From assembly GCA_965214725.1 (NCBI GenBank), contig OZ243973.1:801938-865937 (forward strand): a stretch of 64,000 nucleotides of DNA, in the 5' to 3' direction. The stretch is from Dehalococcoidia bacterium (GTDB lineage Bacteria; Chloroflexota; Dehalococcoidia; UBA6926). Position numbers and translations under genes: made by a program. This document shows positions 18,574 to 26,486 of this stretch, piece by piece. The notes beneath the pieces were generated by a model. The model saw nothing but the letters and a program-made list of their open reading frames with translations. It was not told the DNA's origin and did not search any database. The stretch's first letter is position 1, and each line of letters starts with the position of its first letter.

Positions 18574-19640
18574 CGCAGCAAGTCAGGGCTCTCCGCCACC
18601 CGCGCCGCCGCGCTGAGCGGTGAGAGCTCCCCCGCCTCCACCCGCCGCGTCATCTCCGCCAGCGCGCCATCCCCCTCCGCGCGCGCCAGCCGCTCCAACA
18701 GGCGGTCCCGCAGCGCCGTGTGAAACTCCACCCGCCGCTGCGCCGCGCGCCGCTCCTCAAGCCGCCCCGTCTCGCGCAGCGTCTCATGCCGATGCCCCAC
18801 CGCGTCCACCAGCTCATCCACACCGATCCCGCGGATGCCCTCCGTCTGCAGCACCGGTATCGTCCACCAGTCCATATCGCGGCTGCCGAGATGCGCCGTC
18901 ATCTCCAGGTCCGCCGCCATTCGCTTCGCGCCGGGGCGGTCTGACTTGTTGACGACGAAGATATCGGCGATCTCCAGCAACCCCGCCTTCATCGTCTGGA
19001 TCGCGTCACCCGCCTCCGGCACGACGACGACGACGACGCTGTCCACGGCGTGGAGAACATCGAGTTCCGTCTGCCCCACGCCCGCCGTCTCCACGATGAT
19101 GACATCCAGCCCGGCCGCGTCCAGCACACGCAGGGCGGACGGCACGATGGCGGACAGCCCGCCGGACGCGCCGCGCGTGGCCATGCTGCGGATAAACACG
19201 CCCGGGTCAAGGAAGTGGTCACGCATGCGGACGCGATCCCCAAGGATGGCGCCGCCCGTGAACGGGCTTGAGGGGTCAACGACGAGGACGCCAACCGTCC
19301 GGCCTCGAGCGCGCAGGCGGGCCGTCATTCCCTCCACGAGGGTGCTCTTCCCCGCGCCCGGCGGGCCCGTAATCCCCACGCGGTGAGCGCCGCCCGTGCT
19401 TGACGGCATTGTAGATTCCGCGGCTCCGCTATGCTCCGCTCGGAATGACAGAGGAGGGTGCGCGCTGTCCATCTCGCCCATGCCGACGCGCTCGGCGGGC
19501 GTGCTATCCCGCGCCGATAGATGGTTTGTGATGTGCTGCATCATCTCCTCGGCGCGCGCGTCACCCTTCTCAAGCAACGAGAGGATGCGCGGCGCGGCGG
19601 CAAGATCGCCGGTCAGCAGGCGACGTACAAGATCATCCAT
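18570..19640 (-). CDS. meaB: Methylmalonyl-CoA mutase-associated GTPase MeaB (ArgK family) with an unusually long linker containing a REP2-derived in-frame insert
   Basis: P-loop GITGPPGAGKSTLVEG and the VVDPSSPFTGGAILGDRVRM switch region typical of MeaB/ArgK. The N-terminal helix is followed by ~25 extra residues that coincide with a REP2 copy at 19412-19455. Confidence 0.8.
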   Translation of the reverse strand: MDDLVRRLLTGDLAAAPRILSLLEKGDARAEEMMQHITNHLSARDSTPAERVGMGEMDSAHPPLSFRAEHSGAAESTMPSSTGGAHRVGITGPPGAGKSTLVEGMTARLRARGRTVGVLVVDPSSPFTGGAILGDRVRMRDHFLDPGVFIRSMATRGASGGLSAIVPSALRVLDAAGLDVIIVETAGVGQTELDVLHAVDSVVVVVVPEAGDAIQTMKAGLLEIADIFVVNKSDRPGAKRMAADLEMTAHLGSRDMDWWTIPVLQTEGIRGIGVDELVDAVGHRHETLRETGRLEERRAAQRRVEFHTALRDRLLERLARAEGDGALAEMTRRVEAGELSPLSAAARVAESPDLLR

Positions 19641-19703
19641 GCCTTAAGGGTAGCGCATGGCGCGAGGGGAGTGGGGCGCCCCTCACCCCGGCCCTGGCGG
19701 GCC

Positions 19704-19740
19704 TCCCCTCATTCCCGCGCACGCGGGAATCCATCGGGGG
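19704..19740. repeat. REP1-family element
   Basis: cctcattcccgcgcacgcgggaatccatcggggg. Confidence 0.8.
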
Positions 19741-19757
19741 GCTGGTCCGGGGGGGTA

Positions 19758-20048
19758 TCAGTTGGGAAGGGTGAGTATGGCAACAAACATGGCGATGAAT
19801 CCCGCGAACATGCTGGCCCACATGAGGCCCAACATCACATTGATACGGGCGCCCAACCTTTCAATCTGTTGGCGGAGGGCCTCATCGCCCGTTTGCATGT
19901 CTTTGCGGAGGGCTTCAAAACCCTCGCGCGTTTCTTGGCGGAAGAGTATGTTGTGCCCCTGAATGTCATCGAGGCGCTTGTTCATCTGCTCGAAGGCGCC
20001 TTCGATCCGGGTCATGCGGTCGTTGTCTGTTGGTGTGCTTGTTGTCAT
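19758..20048 (-). CDS. Small XhlA-like protein (N-terminal coiled coil, C-terminal TM anchor), paralog 1
   Basis: MTTSTPTDNDRMTRIEGAFEQMNKRLDDIQG… ends in the hydrophobic LGLMWASMFAGFIAMFVAILTLPN. It is 55-85% similar to 20111..20374 and 25852..26178. Confidence 0.5.
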   Translation of the reverse strand: MTTSTPTDNDRMTRIEGAFEQMNKRLDDIQGHNILFRQETREGFEALRKDMQTGDEALRQQIERLGARINVMLGLMWASMFAGFIAMFVAILTLPN

Positions 20049-20082
20049 TGCCGTCGTTCCTCTCTACGACAGTGTACCAGGC

Positions 20083-20107
20083 GGGGGGCGGGGGGGGGGG
20101 GGGGGGG
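20083..20107. repeat. Homopolymeric G tract (G6-C-G18) between paralog 2 stop and paralog 1 start (35-60 nt upstream of the paralog 1 start codon)
   Basis: gcggggggcgggggggggggggggggggcgg. Confidence 0.7.
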
Positions 20108-20110
20108 CGG

Positions 20111-20374
20111 TCAGTTGGGGATGGTGAGGATGGCGATGAATCCGCCGACCATCGTCGCCCAGAGGAGGCCGAAGCCGATGAACATCATGTTCCGAAGGCC
20201 ATCAATCCGGCGGTCCATCGCATCAAGACGGCGGTCCATCCCATCAAAGCGGCGTTCCATGCTTTCGAACCGGAGGACTATCTGTTCCAAGGCGCCCTCG
20301 ATGTGGCTGATTCGTTCAGAATCCGGTGGGGGGGATGTGTCTGTTGTCATGACGGTCCCTCTCCTTCTGGGCAC
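20111..20374 (-). CDS. Small XhlA-like protein (coiled coil plus C-terminal TM), paralog 2
   Basis: MTTDTSPPPDSERISHIEGALEQIVLRFESMERRFDGMDRRLDAMDRRIDGL… ends in FIGFGLLWATMVGGFIAILTIPN. Confidence 0.5.
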   Translation of the reverse strand: MPRRRGTVMTTDTSPPPDSERISHIEGALEQIVLRFESMERRFDGMDRRLDAMDRRIDGLRNMMFIGFGLLWATMVGGFIAILTIPN

Positions 20375-20425
20375 AGTATAGCAGGGGCGTGTTGGGGGGG
20401 GCCTCCGCGCGGACGCAGGGCGCCT

Positions 20426-20466
20426 CCCCTCCCCTCATTCCCGCGCACGCGGGAATCCATCGGGGA
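20426..20466. repeat. REP1-family element
   Basis: cccctcattcccgcgcacgcgggaatccatcggggag. Confidence 0.8.
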
Positions 20467-20562
20467 GGGCTCCCGCCTGTCTCACCATTGGGGTGGCGTG
20501 GCATAGGGGGCCGGGAAGGGCGTGTTGGGGGGGCGATGCGTAGTGGAATGATGAATGGCGGC

Positions 20563-20600
20563 GGATGGATTCCCGTTTTCACGGGAATGAGGGGAGGGGG
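20563..20600. repeat. REP1-family element (variant cccgttttcacggg)
   Basis: ggatggattcccgttttcacgggaatgaggggag. Confidence 0.7.
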
Positions 20601-20619
20601 TGGGAATGACGGGATTGGA

Positions 20620-20640
20620 GGGGGGGGGGGGGGGGGGGGG
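20620..20640. repeat. Homopolymeric G tract (G21)
   Basis: ggag followed by 21 G, then atgagggg. Confidence 0.7.
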
Positions 20641-20741
20641 ATGAGGGGAGAAGAGTGTGGGGATGCGTTGGGGGCGGGAATGACGGGGATGGGAGTGGGG
20701 GTACGGGGGCAACATGTTGGGGGGGGGCTTAATGAGGAAGG

Positions 20742-20805
20742 GGGGCTGCCCTTGCGGGCAGCCCCCCTCTCTTTTCTCTCTCGGCTCTTCGTTCCCGTTT
20801 TAGGC
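20742..20805 (+). terminator. Strong GC hairpin (gggggctgccc-ttgc-gggcagccccc) followed by a T/C-rich tract; intrinsic-terminator-like, adjacent to the stop of the giant gene
   Basis: Perfect 11-bp stem with a tetraloop, followed by tctcttttctctctcggctcttcgttcccgtttt. Confidence 0.45.
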
Positions 20806-20834
20806 GGGAGCGCGTTGCCTTTGTGCGGCTTGGC

Positions 20835-23800
20835 TTATCCGCCGATCACTCCGTCACGCGTCGCGAACAGCAGGTAGCCCTTGCCCTTCTCAACAACCGC
20901 GCGATGCTCATCCATGGTGAACCCGTCCGTGGCCGTGCCGTTCGAGAAGTAGGTCTCGTACTGCGGCGGCGTCGCGGCTGAGTTCCACATCCGGATCATG
21001 CCCCAGCCGCTGTTCCCCAGCGCGCTCAGGTAGGCGTCCACCGGAACCATCGTCTCGTTGCCCGCGGGCGTGTAGCCGATGCTGTTCCAGCCGGCCGTCA
21101 CCGTGTACTGGGAGGGCGTGCGCTGGGGGCTGAACCGCTCTGTGAGCACCTTCACCGGATCGAACGTCGTGCTGCGGACAAAGTAGCCGCGCCCGTCAAC
21201 GATCTGTGTCAGTGTGCCCATCCATTCGCCGCTGTCGGCGTCCTTCCGTGCGAACTCCCAGATCTTCGTCTCGTTGTTCAGGCTCCAGACGTCCGTCACC
21301 ATCGATCCCTCAAGCACACCATCAATGCTCTTGTCCTGCGGGGTGCCCGGGATGGAGATGAGCGACCAGCCAGGGTTCACGGCAACCGATGCAGGCGCAG
21401 GCGCCGTGATCTTGAACACGTACCCGAACTTGCCCTCGTTGCCAGCCTCGTCCACGAAGTCGACGTTCAGGCGGTAGTTGCCGATGGCCAGGTCTGACAG
21501 GGCGACCACGTACCGAACGTGATTCGAGCTCTGCGCAGACCCGTCCTCAACTTCCCACGTCTCCGTCACTTCAACCATCGCGGCAGCCTTGAGCATGTCG
21601 TCGCTGTCAAGCGAGCCGGCTGACAGGCCCTCAAGGCCCAAGCCTGTGACGGTAACCATCTTCTTGGTGTCAGTTGACTTGTATTCGTCCCCGGTGCCTG
21701 TACCGTACTCGTTAGCCTCAGCAGCGAACTCGAAGTTGAGGAACACAACGTCATTGACCTCAATCGGCTGAGCAACCATGGGATCCGCGTCCTTGTCATA
21801 CACCCGTGCGGGGGGCATGCCGCCGTTCGCCTTGGTATCAAGCTCCCATGTGGACTTCATGCTCATACCATCATTGTCATTCGTATCCGTACCAGTGACG
21901 TGAACGGTGTACTTACCGCTAGCACTAGTTCCGCCAAGGTTCTCGGCCTTCCTGTTCGTGCTCACTGTCCACGTGTTGTCATCCGATGCGGCCCGCACAG
22001 ACAGTGGCTCGTCATAGGAGCCAAGCATCAAGCGTGCCTTCGGCGTCTGCTCGAGTTCCTCAGAGGCGACGATGGTGATTTCCAACTCATCATTGCTGAG
22101 CGGGTTGGCCACAGTCACCGTGAATACAGGAGCGAGCTCATCCACCGGCTTCGCCGTGTGATCGTTCCTGCTCTCGTTGCCAGCCAAGTCGCGCAGATCG
22201 CCATTGTCTATGTCGATTGTAGGTCGCGCATCGGTCGCCAGGTCGTTCTCAAGGGTCAAGAACAGAAGGTGCCTAGCGTCCTCACCATCGGCCATGTCGT
22301 CAGCGAGCCCGAGATCATCTCGAACGGCCACGCCGCCGACGGAACCAATCTTGCTACCGTTCGTGTTATCCAACCAAGTCACGCTGGTGACGCTGTTGCC
22401 GCTAACGCTGACATTCTGTGCATTCACGTCAGCCCCAGCGATGGCATCATCAAACACCAGCACGATGCCCTTCGTATTCTCGGTGACCAGTTCATAGGGA
22501 TCGCCATCGGAGCCGGCCTTGACGCTGACGCCCGTGAGAGCCTTCATCAGTTCCGGATCGATGTCATCCACCACGAACGTGTATGACTTCTTCGCCACGT
22601 TCCGCGCAAGGTCATACGCGGTGATATCGACTTTGACAGTCACGGTCTCCGGCTCGTCGTCGCCAGTGCCCTCTGCTGTCTGTACAGCACTGGTGACATC
22701 GAATTCAATCTCGTAACGCTCGCCATCAGTGATTTCGTCGTCGACATCTAGCTCAGCGGTGTCCCCGCCGTCCAAGTCGAGGACTGGCTCATCTTCGCCC
22801 TGACCGTACATTGCCATCCGCATGACGTGGTAGTGGCCATCACGGATCTCCTCTTCATGGGCATCCTCGGGGATGCCAGAGTCAGCATCCGTCACGTTGA
22901 AGAAGAAGGAGAAGTCATCATCCGCAACGTATGAACCGCTGGCGAGAGAGTTTCCGCCAATCGCCGGCGCAACAATGTCAACCTCTGTGCGTGCAGTGCG
23001 AGTGCCGGTGGGCTCCGCATCGCCATACCGAATCGTCACCGTGTCGCCATGCTCCACGCCGATAACGGCAGCCAGCAAAGCGTCCACCCTAGCACCCATC
23101 AGCCCAAGATTTCCTGTGTGACCGTTGATCGCATCAACAAGCGATACCGCCTGCATGCAATTCTTGTCTCTGTCGGCCATGTCGTCATCACCACAGAAGG
23201 AGTTGAAGACACCATCAATCTCGTCATCGCCCTGATCGGCCGTTCCAGTTGCCTGAACGGTTGCGAGCAAGGACGCAATGGTTCCGCTCGCCGCTTCTGT
23301 CGTGTAGTTCACCATGAACATGTCAGCCGTATCGGCCGTAGCCTCGTTGCCATCTTCAGCGACACTGCTCCCGTTAAGCGGGACCGCAACAGTAACAGTC
23401 CCATCGCTATTGACGGTCACCACATGATCGTTGGCCATGGTGGTCCGGACAGAACCATCGGTATCCACACCGGGCTTAAACATCACTTCCAAACTTCCGG
23501 ATACCAACGTATTCGCCGCTGAAACACCTGTAAGGTTGAACACCGCCGACGGCGCGGCAGCGATTGTGTTGGGATCATCCGGAGTCTCAGCGGTGTTAAC
23601 TGCTGGGGACACGACAGTAATCGTCTGCGCCTGAGCCTGTGGGGTCGGGACAAGGCCCGCGTAATCCGCAATCGCGTCCTTAAATTCCTTGCGGATGACT
23701 CCAAAGCGGCCAACAAACACACCAGAGTCTCGGGAGTCCGCAGCCGCAGGATCGAAACTTGTGATGTCGGTCCCGCCAAAGTTAGCAGCGCCGACACCGT

Positions 23801-24688
23801 TATCCAGTGCAGCATATGTGGCCAGGTTCTTCTCACTCACTGAGATCCTGATGGAACTCCGATCGGACGTGCTCGAGACCTCGACACGGCTCTTGTCCTG
23901 AAGGGTCTCAACTCTGTAATCGCTCGGATAAGTCAATGCATTTTCCCCAGCGGAGTCAAACCCGATTCGCAATGCTGGAACATACTCAACGTTATTCTCA
24001 GCAGCCGGCCTGTCCACAGTGGGTATTGAATCCCCTTCTTGAAGGTTAGGGATTAAGCCTCTATCTAGGTAGAGTCCGTCATTCGCTGTATTGATCCCAG
24101 CGAAGGCACCGCTCTGAAGGGCCCGCGTACCAACAAACTTGGCGGGAGCGGCCATTACCGGAGGGGTAGCACTGGGGTTAGCACGAACAGCCGGAAGGTA
24201 CCATCCAAGCTCAAGCTCGATATCTTCCCCATTCACAACACCGTCACGTGTATCATCACCGACGACCAAACTACCGAGAACCATTATCTCATCTGCTATG
24301 TCGTCAGCTGTGTCACGATCCGTGTCTAGACCCCGCGAAGCGAAGTCACCTACCAAATCACCGTTCGGCAGGTTAACGGCCACAGCAAAGCCAGCCGCTC
24401 CAGAGGAGGACGCCAAGCTGGGGTCGATCCTAAAAAGGGATCCACCAGGATTCGCATCTGGAAGGTTGGTGACGCGTCTTCGAGAGAGGTAACGGAGCCT
24501 GTCGTATCCGACACGTACTCGGTGCCCATGAGCTTTTCAAACGTTGAGCCAGTCTTCCCAGAGGGATTGGCGAGCTCATCGGGGGTAACGATTTTGACGT
24601 TACCGGCGGCTGCGCCGGCCCCGATGGCCGGGATCATGGCGAACGCGAGGATCGCGACCGTCAAGATAATGAGTGCTTTGCGCTTCAC
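20835..24688 (-). CDS. Very large (~1280 aa) acidic secreted/cell-surface protein with a Sec signal peptide; apparent frameshift near 24470-24500
   Basis: Signal peptide VKRKALIILTVAILAFAMIPAIGAGAAAG (GTG at 24688 after a GGAAGGGGG RBS) is in the frame of ORF 24350..24841. That frame switches to the 1193-aa ORF 20835..24416 around 24470-24500. The body is D/T/G/V-rich with repeated beta-rich segments (Ig-like/adhesin- or S-layer-like composition). No LPXTG sorting signal. Confidence 0.6.
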
Positions 24689-25179
24689 AGGAAGCCCCCT
24701 TCCGTAACTGTGATGTGGGCCACGGTTGCGGCCCGTCTTTCCAAGTGTAGTGGAATGTGCGGAATTCGTCACGCCGTCCGGTGTGGGGCTGCGTGACTGC
24801 CAAGGTTCTCGTGAACGCATCCTGCTCTCCTCCCGATCCATCGGTGGACGGTCCCGCGCTGGTCTCCGTCTCTCTCGGTCTCTCTCTATCCCACTCTTCT
24901 CGCTCTGTCAGCCGCCTGCCCGTCTGGCCATTCGTCAATCCATCTGCCAGCCGGCGTGATGCGTCTGAGCGAGTAACGATGCAACACAAAGCGGACAGCC
25001 CGCGTCCGGGCTTAATCCACTAAGCGCGACTATAGGCGAGATGGAGGGGGGTTGTCAATAGTGCGGGGTCAGCAGATGAGGGCAATTTGGGGGCTGTTTC
25101 AGATAGGATTTCCAAAAACAGGTTCAGAACCAGTTCAAGAAAGAGGGGCGCGGCGGGGGGCTTTGTCCGTCAACATTCT

Positions 25180-25223
25180 GGATTCTTCGGCTCCGCGCTA
25201 TCGCGCTGCGCTCAGAATGACAT
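25180..25223. repeat. REP2-family element, long form
   Basis: ggattcttcggctccgcgctatcgcgctgcgctcagaatgac. Confidence 0.75.
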
Positions 25224-25240
25224 GGGGGAGGGGGCCCCAC

Positions 25241-25413
25241 TGTCATGCCGGGCCTCTCACTGTCATACCGGGCCTCCCACTGTCATTCCGAGCCTCCCAC
25301 TGTCATTCCGGGCCCCCCACTGTCATTCCGAGCGCCCTTCATGTCATTCTGAGCGCGCCATGTCATTCTGAGCGCCCTTCATGTCATTCTGAGCGCAGCG
25401 AAGAATCCCGCAG
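25241..25413. repeat. Tandem array of ~8 units of ~20 bp derived from the REP2 half-site (cactgtcattccgRgcYYcc … atgtcattctgagcgc), ending in a full REP2
   Basis: Contiguous units with no spacers (minisatellite-like; not CRISPR). Confidence 0.8.
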
Positions 25414-25430
25414 GCCGCCTATCAGCCCCA

Positions 25431-25727
25431 TTACCAGTCACGCGCCAAATCAATCCACCGAGGGTTCGTGGATTCTATGAGGGCGATCTTCTTGCTACGC
25501 AGCCACCCCTTGATCTGCTTTTCGCGCTCCAACGCCACCTTGACGTCTGAGGTCTCCTCAAAGTAGACCAGCCAATTGATCTTGTACCTGCTGGCGAAGC
25601 CGGGCGTGAGGCCCTGTTTGTGCTCATGGATGCGCCGCTGGAGGTCCCTGGTCATGCCGACGTACAGCTTGTGCCTCGGGTTCGACAGGATGTAGACGAA
25701 GTAACGATGCTCTTGTCTGTTGTTCAT
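25431..25727 (-). CDS. GIY-YIG nuclease family protein (~98 aa, stand-alone GIY-YIG domain)
   Basis: …YFVYILSNPRHKLYVGMTRDLQRRIHEH… is the GIY-YIG motif. The six-frame ORF's N-extension is a translation of poly-G/REP and is rejected; the ATG at 25727 is used. Confidence 0.75.
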   Translation of the reverse strand: MNNRQEHRYFVYILSNPRHKLYVGMTRDLQRRIHEHKQGLTPGFASRYKINWLVYFEETSDVKVALEREKQIKGWLRSKKIALIESTNPRWIDLARDW

Positions 25728-25736
25728 GCTTGTTGG

Positions 25737-25765
25737 ATTCTTCGCTGCGCTCAGAATGACATATG
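25737..25765. repeat. REP2-family element, short form
   Basis: ggattcttcgctgcgctcagaatgacat. Confidence 0.8.
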
Positions 25766-25830
25766 GGGCCAGAATGGCGTATGGCGGGGCGTGGCGGGAA
25801 TGGGGGGACGGGAGGGGCGTGGCGGGAATT

Positions 25831-25849
25831 GGGGGGGGGGGGGGGGGGG
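25831..25849. repeat. Homopolymeric G tract (G19) immediately 3' of paralog 3
   Basis: gggaatt, then 19 G, then tatcag. Confidence 0.7.
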
Positions 25850-25851
25850 TA

Positions 25852-26178
25852 TCAGTCTGCGAGGGTGAGGATGAAGACGTACAGAGCGATGAATCCGGCA
25901 ACCGTCGTGACCCACATGATGCCCCCAATCATCAAGTAGAGGCGGTCAGCGACTCTATAGATCTTCTCGTCGAGCCGGACAACATCCTCGCGCATGTCTT
26001 TGCGGAGGGCATCAAGACCTTCGCGCGTATCCTTGCGGAGGGAGTCAAAACCTGCGTGCGTCTCTTGGCGGAAGAGTGTGTTTTGCCCTTGGATGTCATC
26101 GAGGCGCTTATTCATCTGCTCGAAGGCGCCTTCGATCCGGGTCATGCGATCGTTGTCTGTTGGTGTGCCTGTCGTCAT
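25852..26178 (-). CDS. Small XhlA-like protein (coiled coil plus C-terminal TM), paralog 3
   Basis: MTTGTPTDNDRMTRIEGAFEQMNKRLDDIQGQNTLFRQETHAGFDSLRKD… ends in YLMIGGIMWVTTVAGFIALYVFILTLAD. Confidence 0.5.
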   Translation of the reverse strand: MTTGTPTDNDRMTRIEGAFEQMNKRLDDIQGQNTLFRQETHAGFDSLRKDTREGLDALRKDMREDVVRLDEKIYRVADRLYLMIGGIMWVTTVAGFIALYVFILTLAD

Positions 26179-26179
26179 C

Positions 26180-26300
26180 GTCGTCGTTCCTCTGCGGACA
26201 ATGCGGCACGCGCGAGCGGGGAGGGAGGTGGGGGTATCAGGTCCGCGAGGGTGTGCCTGTCGTCATCGTCGTCGTTCCTGTGTAGGACAGTGTAGCACGC
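26180..26300. repeat. Partial duplication carrying a second copy of the paralog start (MTTGTP…) fused directly to a paralog 3' end (…tcaggtccgcgagggtg) — a deletion/recombination remnant of a fourth paralog
   Basis: gtgcctgtcgtcatcgtcgtcgttcct occurs at 26165-26200 and again at 26255-26290; the 3'-end motif occurs at 26225-26250. Confidence 0.55.
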
Positions 26301-26328
26301 GCGAGTTGGGGGGCGGGGCGGCGTGCCG

Positions 26329-26410
26329 GATGGATTCCCGCTTTCGCGGGAATGAGGGGAGGGGGGCGGGCGTGGCGGGAATGAGGGGAGGGAGGGCGGG
26401 AATGGGGGGG
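26329..26410. repeat. REP1-family element followed by two degenerate half copies
   Basis: ggatggattcccgctttcgcgggaatgaggggagg … ggcgggaatgaggggag … gggcgggaatggggg. Confidence 0.75.
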
Positions 26411-26431
26411 GGCGTCAGGCGGGTGGGCAAA

Positions 26432-26467
26432 TGGGTGCCCGCCCACGTCTCCCCTGAGGGAGACGTG
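26432..26467. terminator. 16-bp-stem hairpin (cccgcccacgtctccc-ctga-gggagacgtgggcgg) just 3' of the rho stop
   Basis: Perfect inverted repeat. Confidence 0.45.
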
Positions 26468-26486
26468 GGCGGACGGTGGCGGCCGC

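Noticed and set aside
20742-20770. Hairpin as terminator of the giant gene (minus strand)
   Set aside because: The T-rich tract follows the hairpin on the plus strand, not the minus strand. For the minus-strand gene it would be a hairpin without a U-tail. It is kept only as a generic terminator-like feature.
19521-20877. Six-frame ORFs on the plus strand (19521..20381, 19657..19962, 20030..20506, 20389..20877) with Gly/Pro/Arg-rich translations
   Set aside because: They are translations of poly-G tracts and REP1 elements (the recurring …IPAHAGIHRG… peptide is the REP1 core), and they are antisense to the small XhlA-like genes. No coding character.
20835-24416. Numerous antisense ORFs inside the giant gene (e.g. 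21900..22586, 23049..23522, 24139..24492)
   Set aside because: Typical high-GC antisense open frames. The minus-strand 1193-aa frame has consistent protein-like composition across the whole span.
25241-25413. Possible CRISPR array
   Set aside because: The units are ~20 bp and directly abut each other with no spacers, and they derive from the REP2 half-site. This is a minisatellite, not CRISPR. No cas genes are present.
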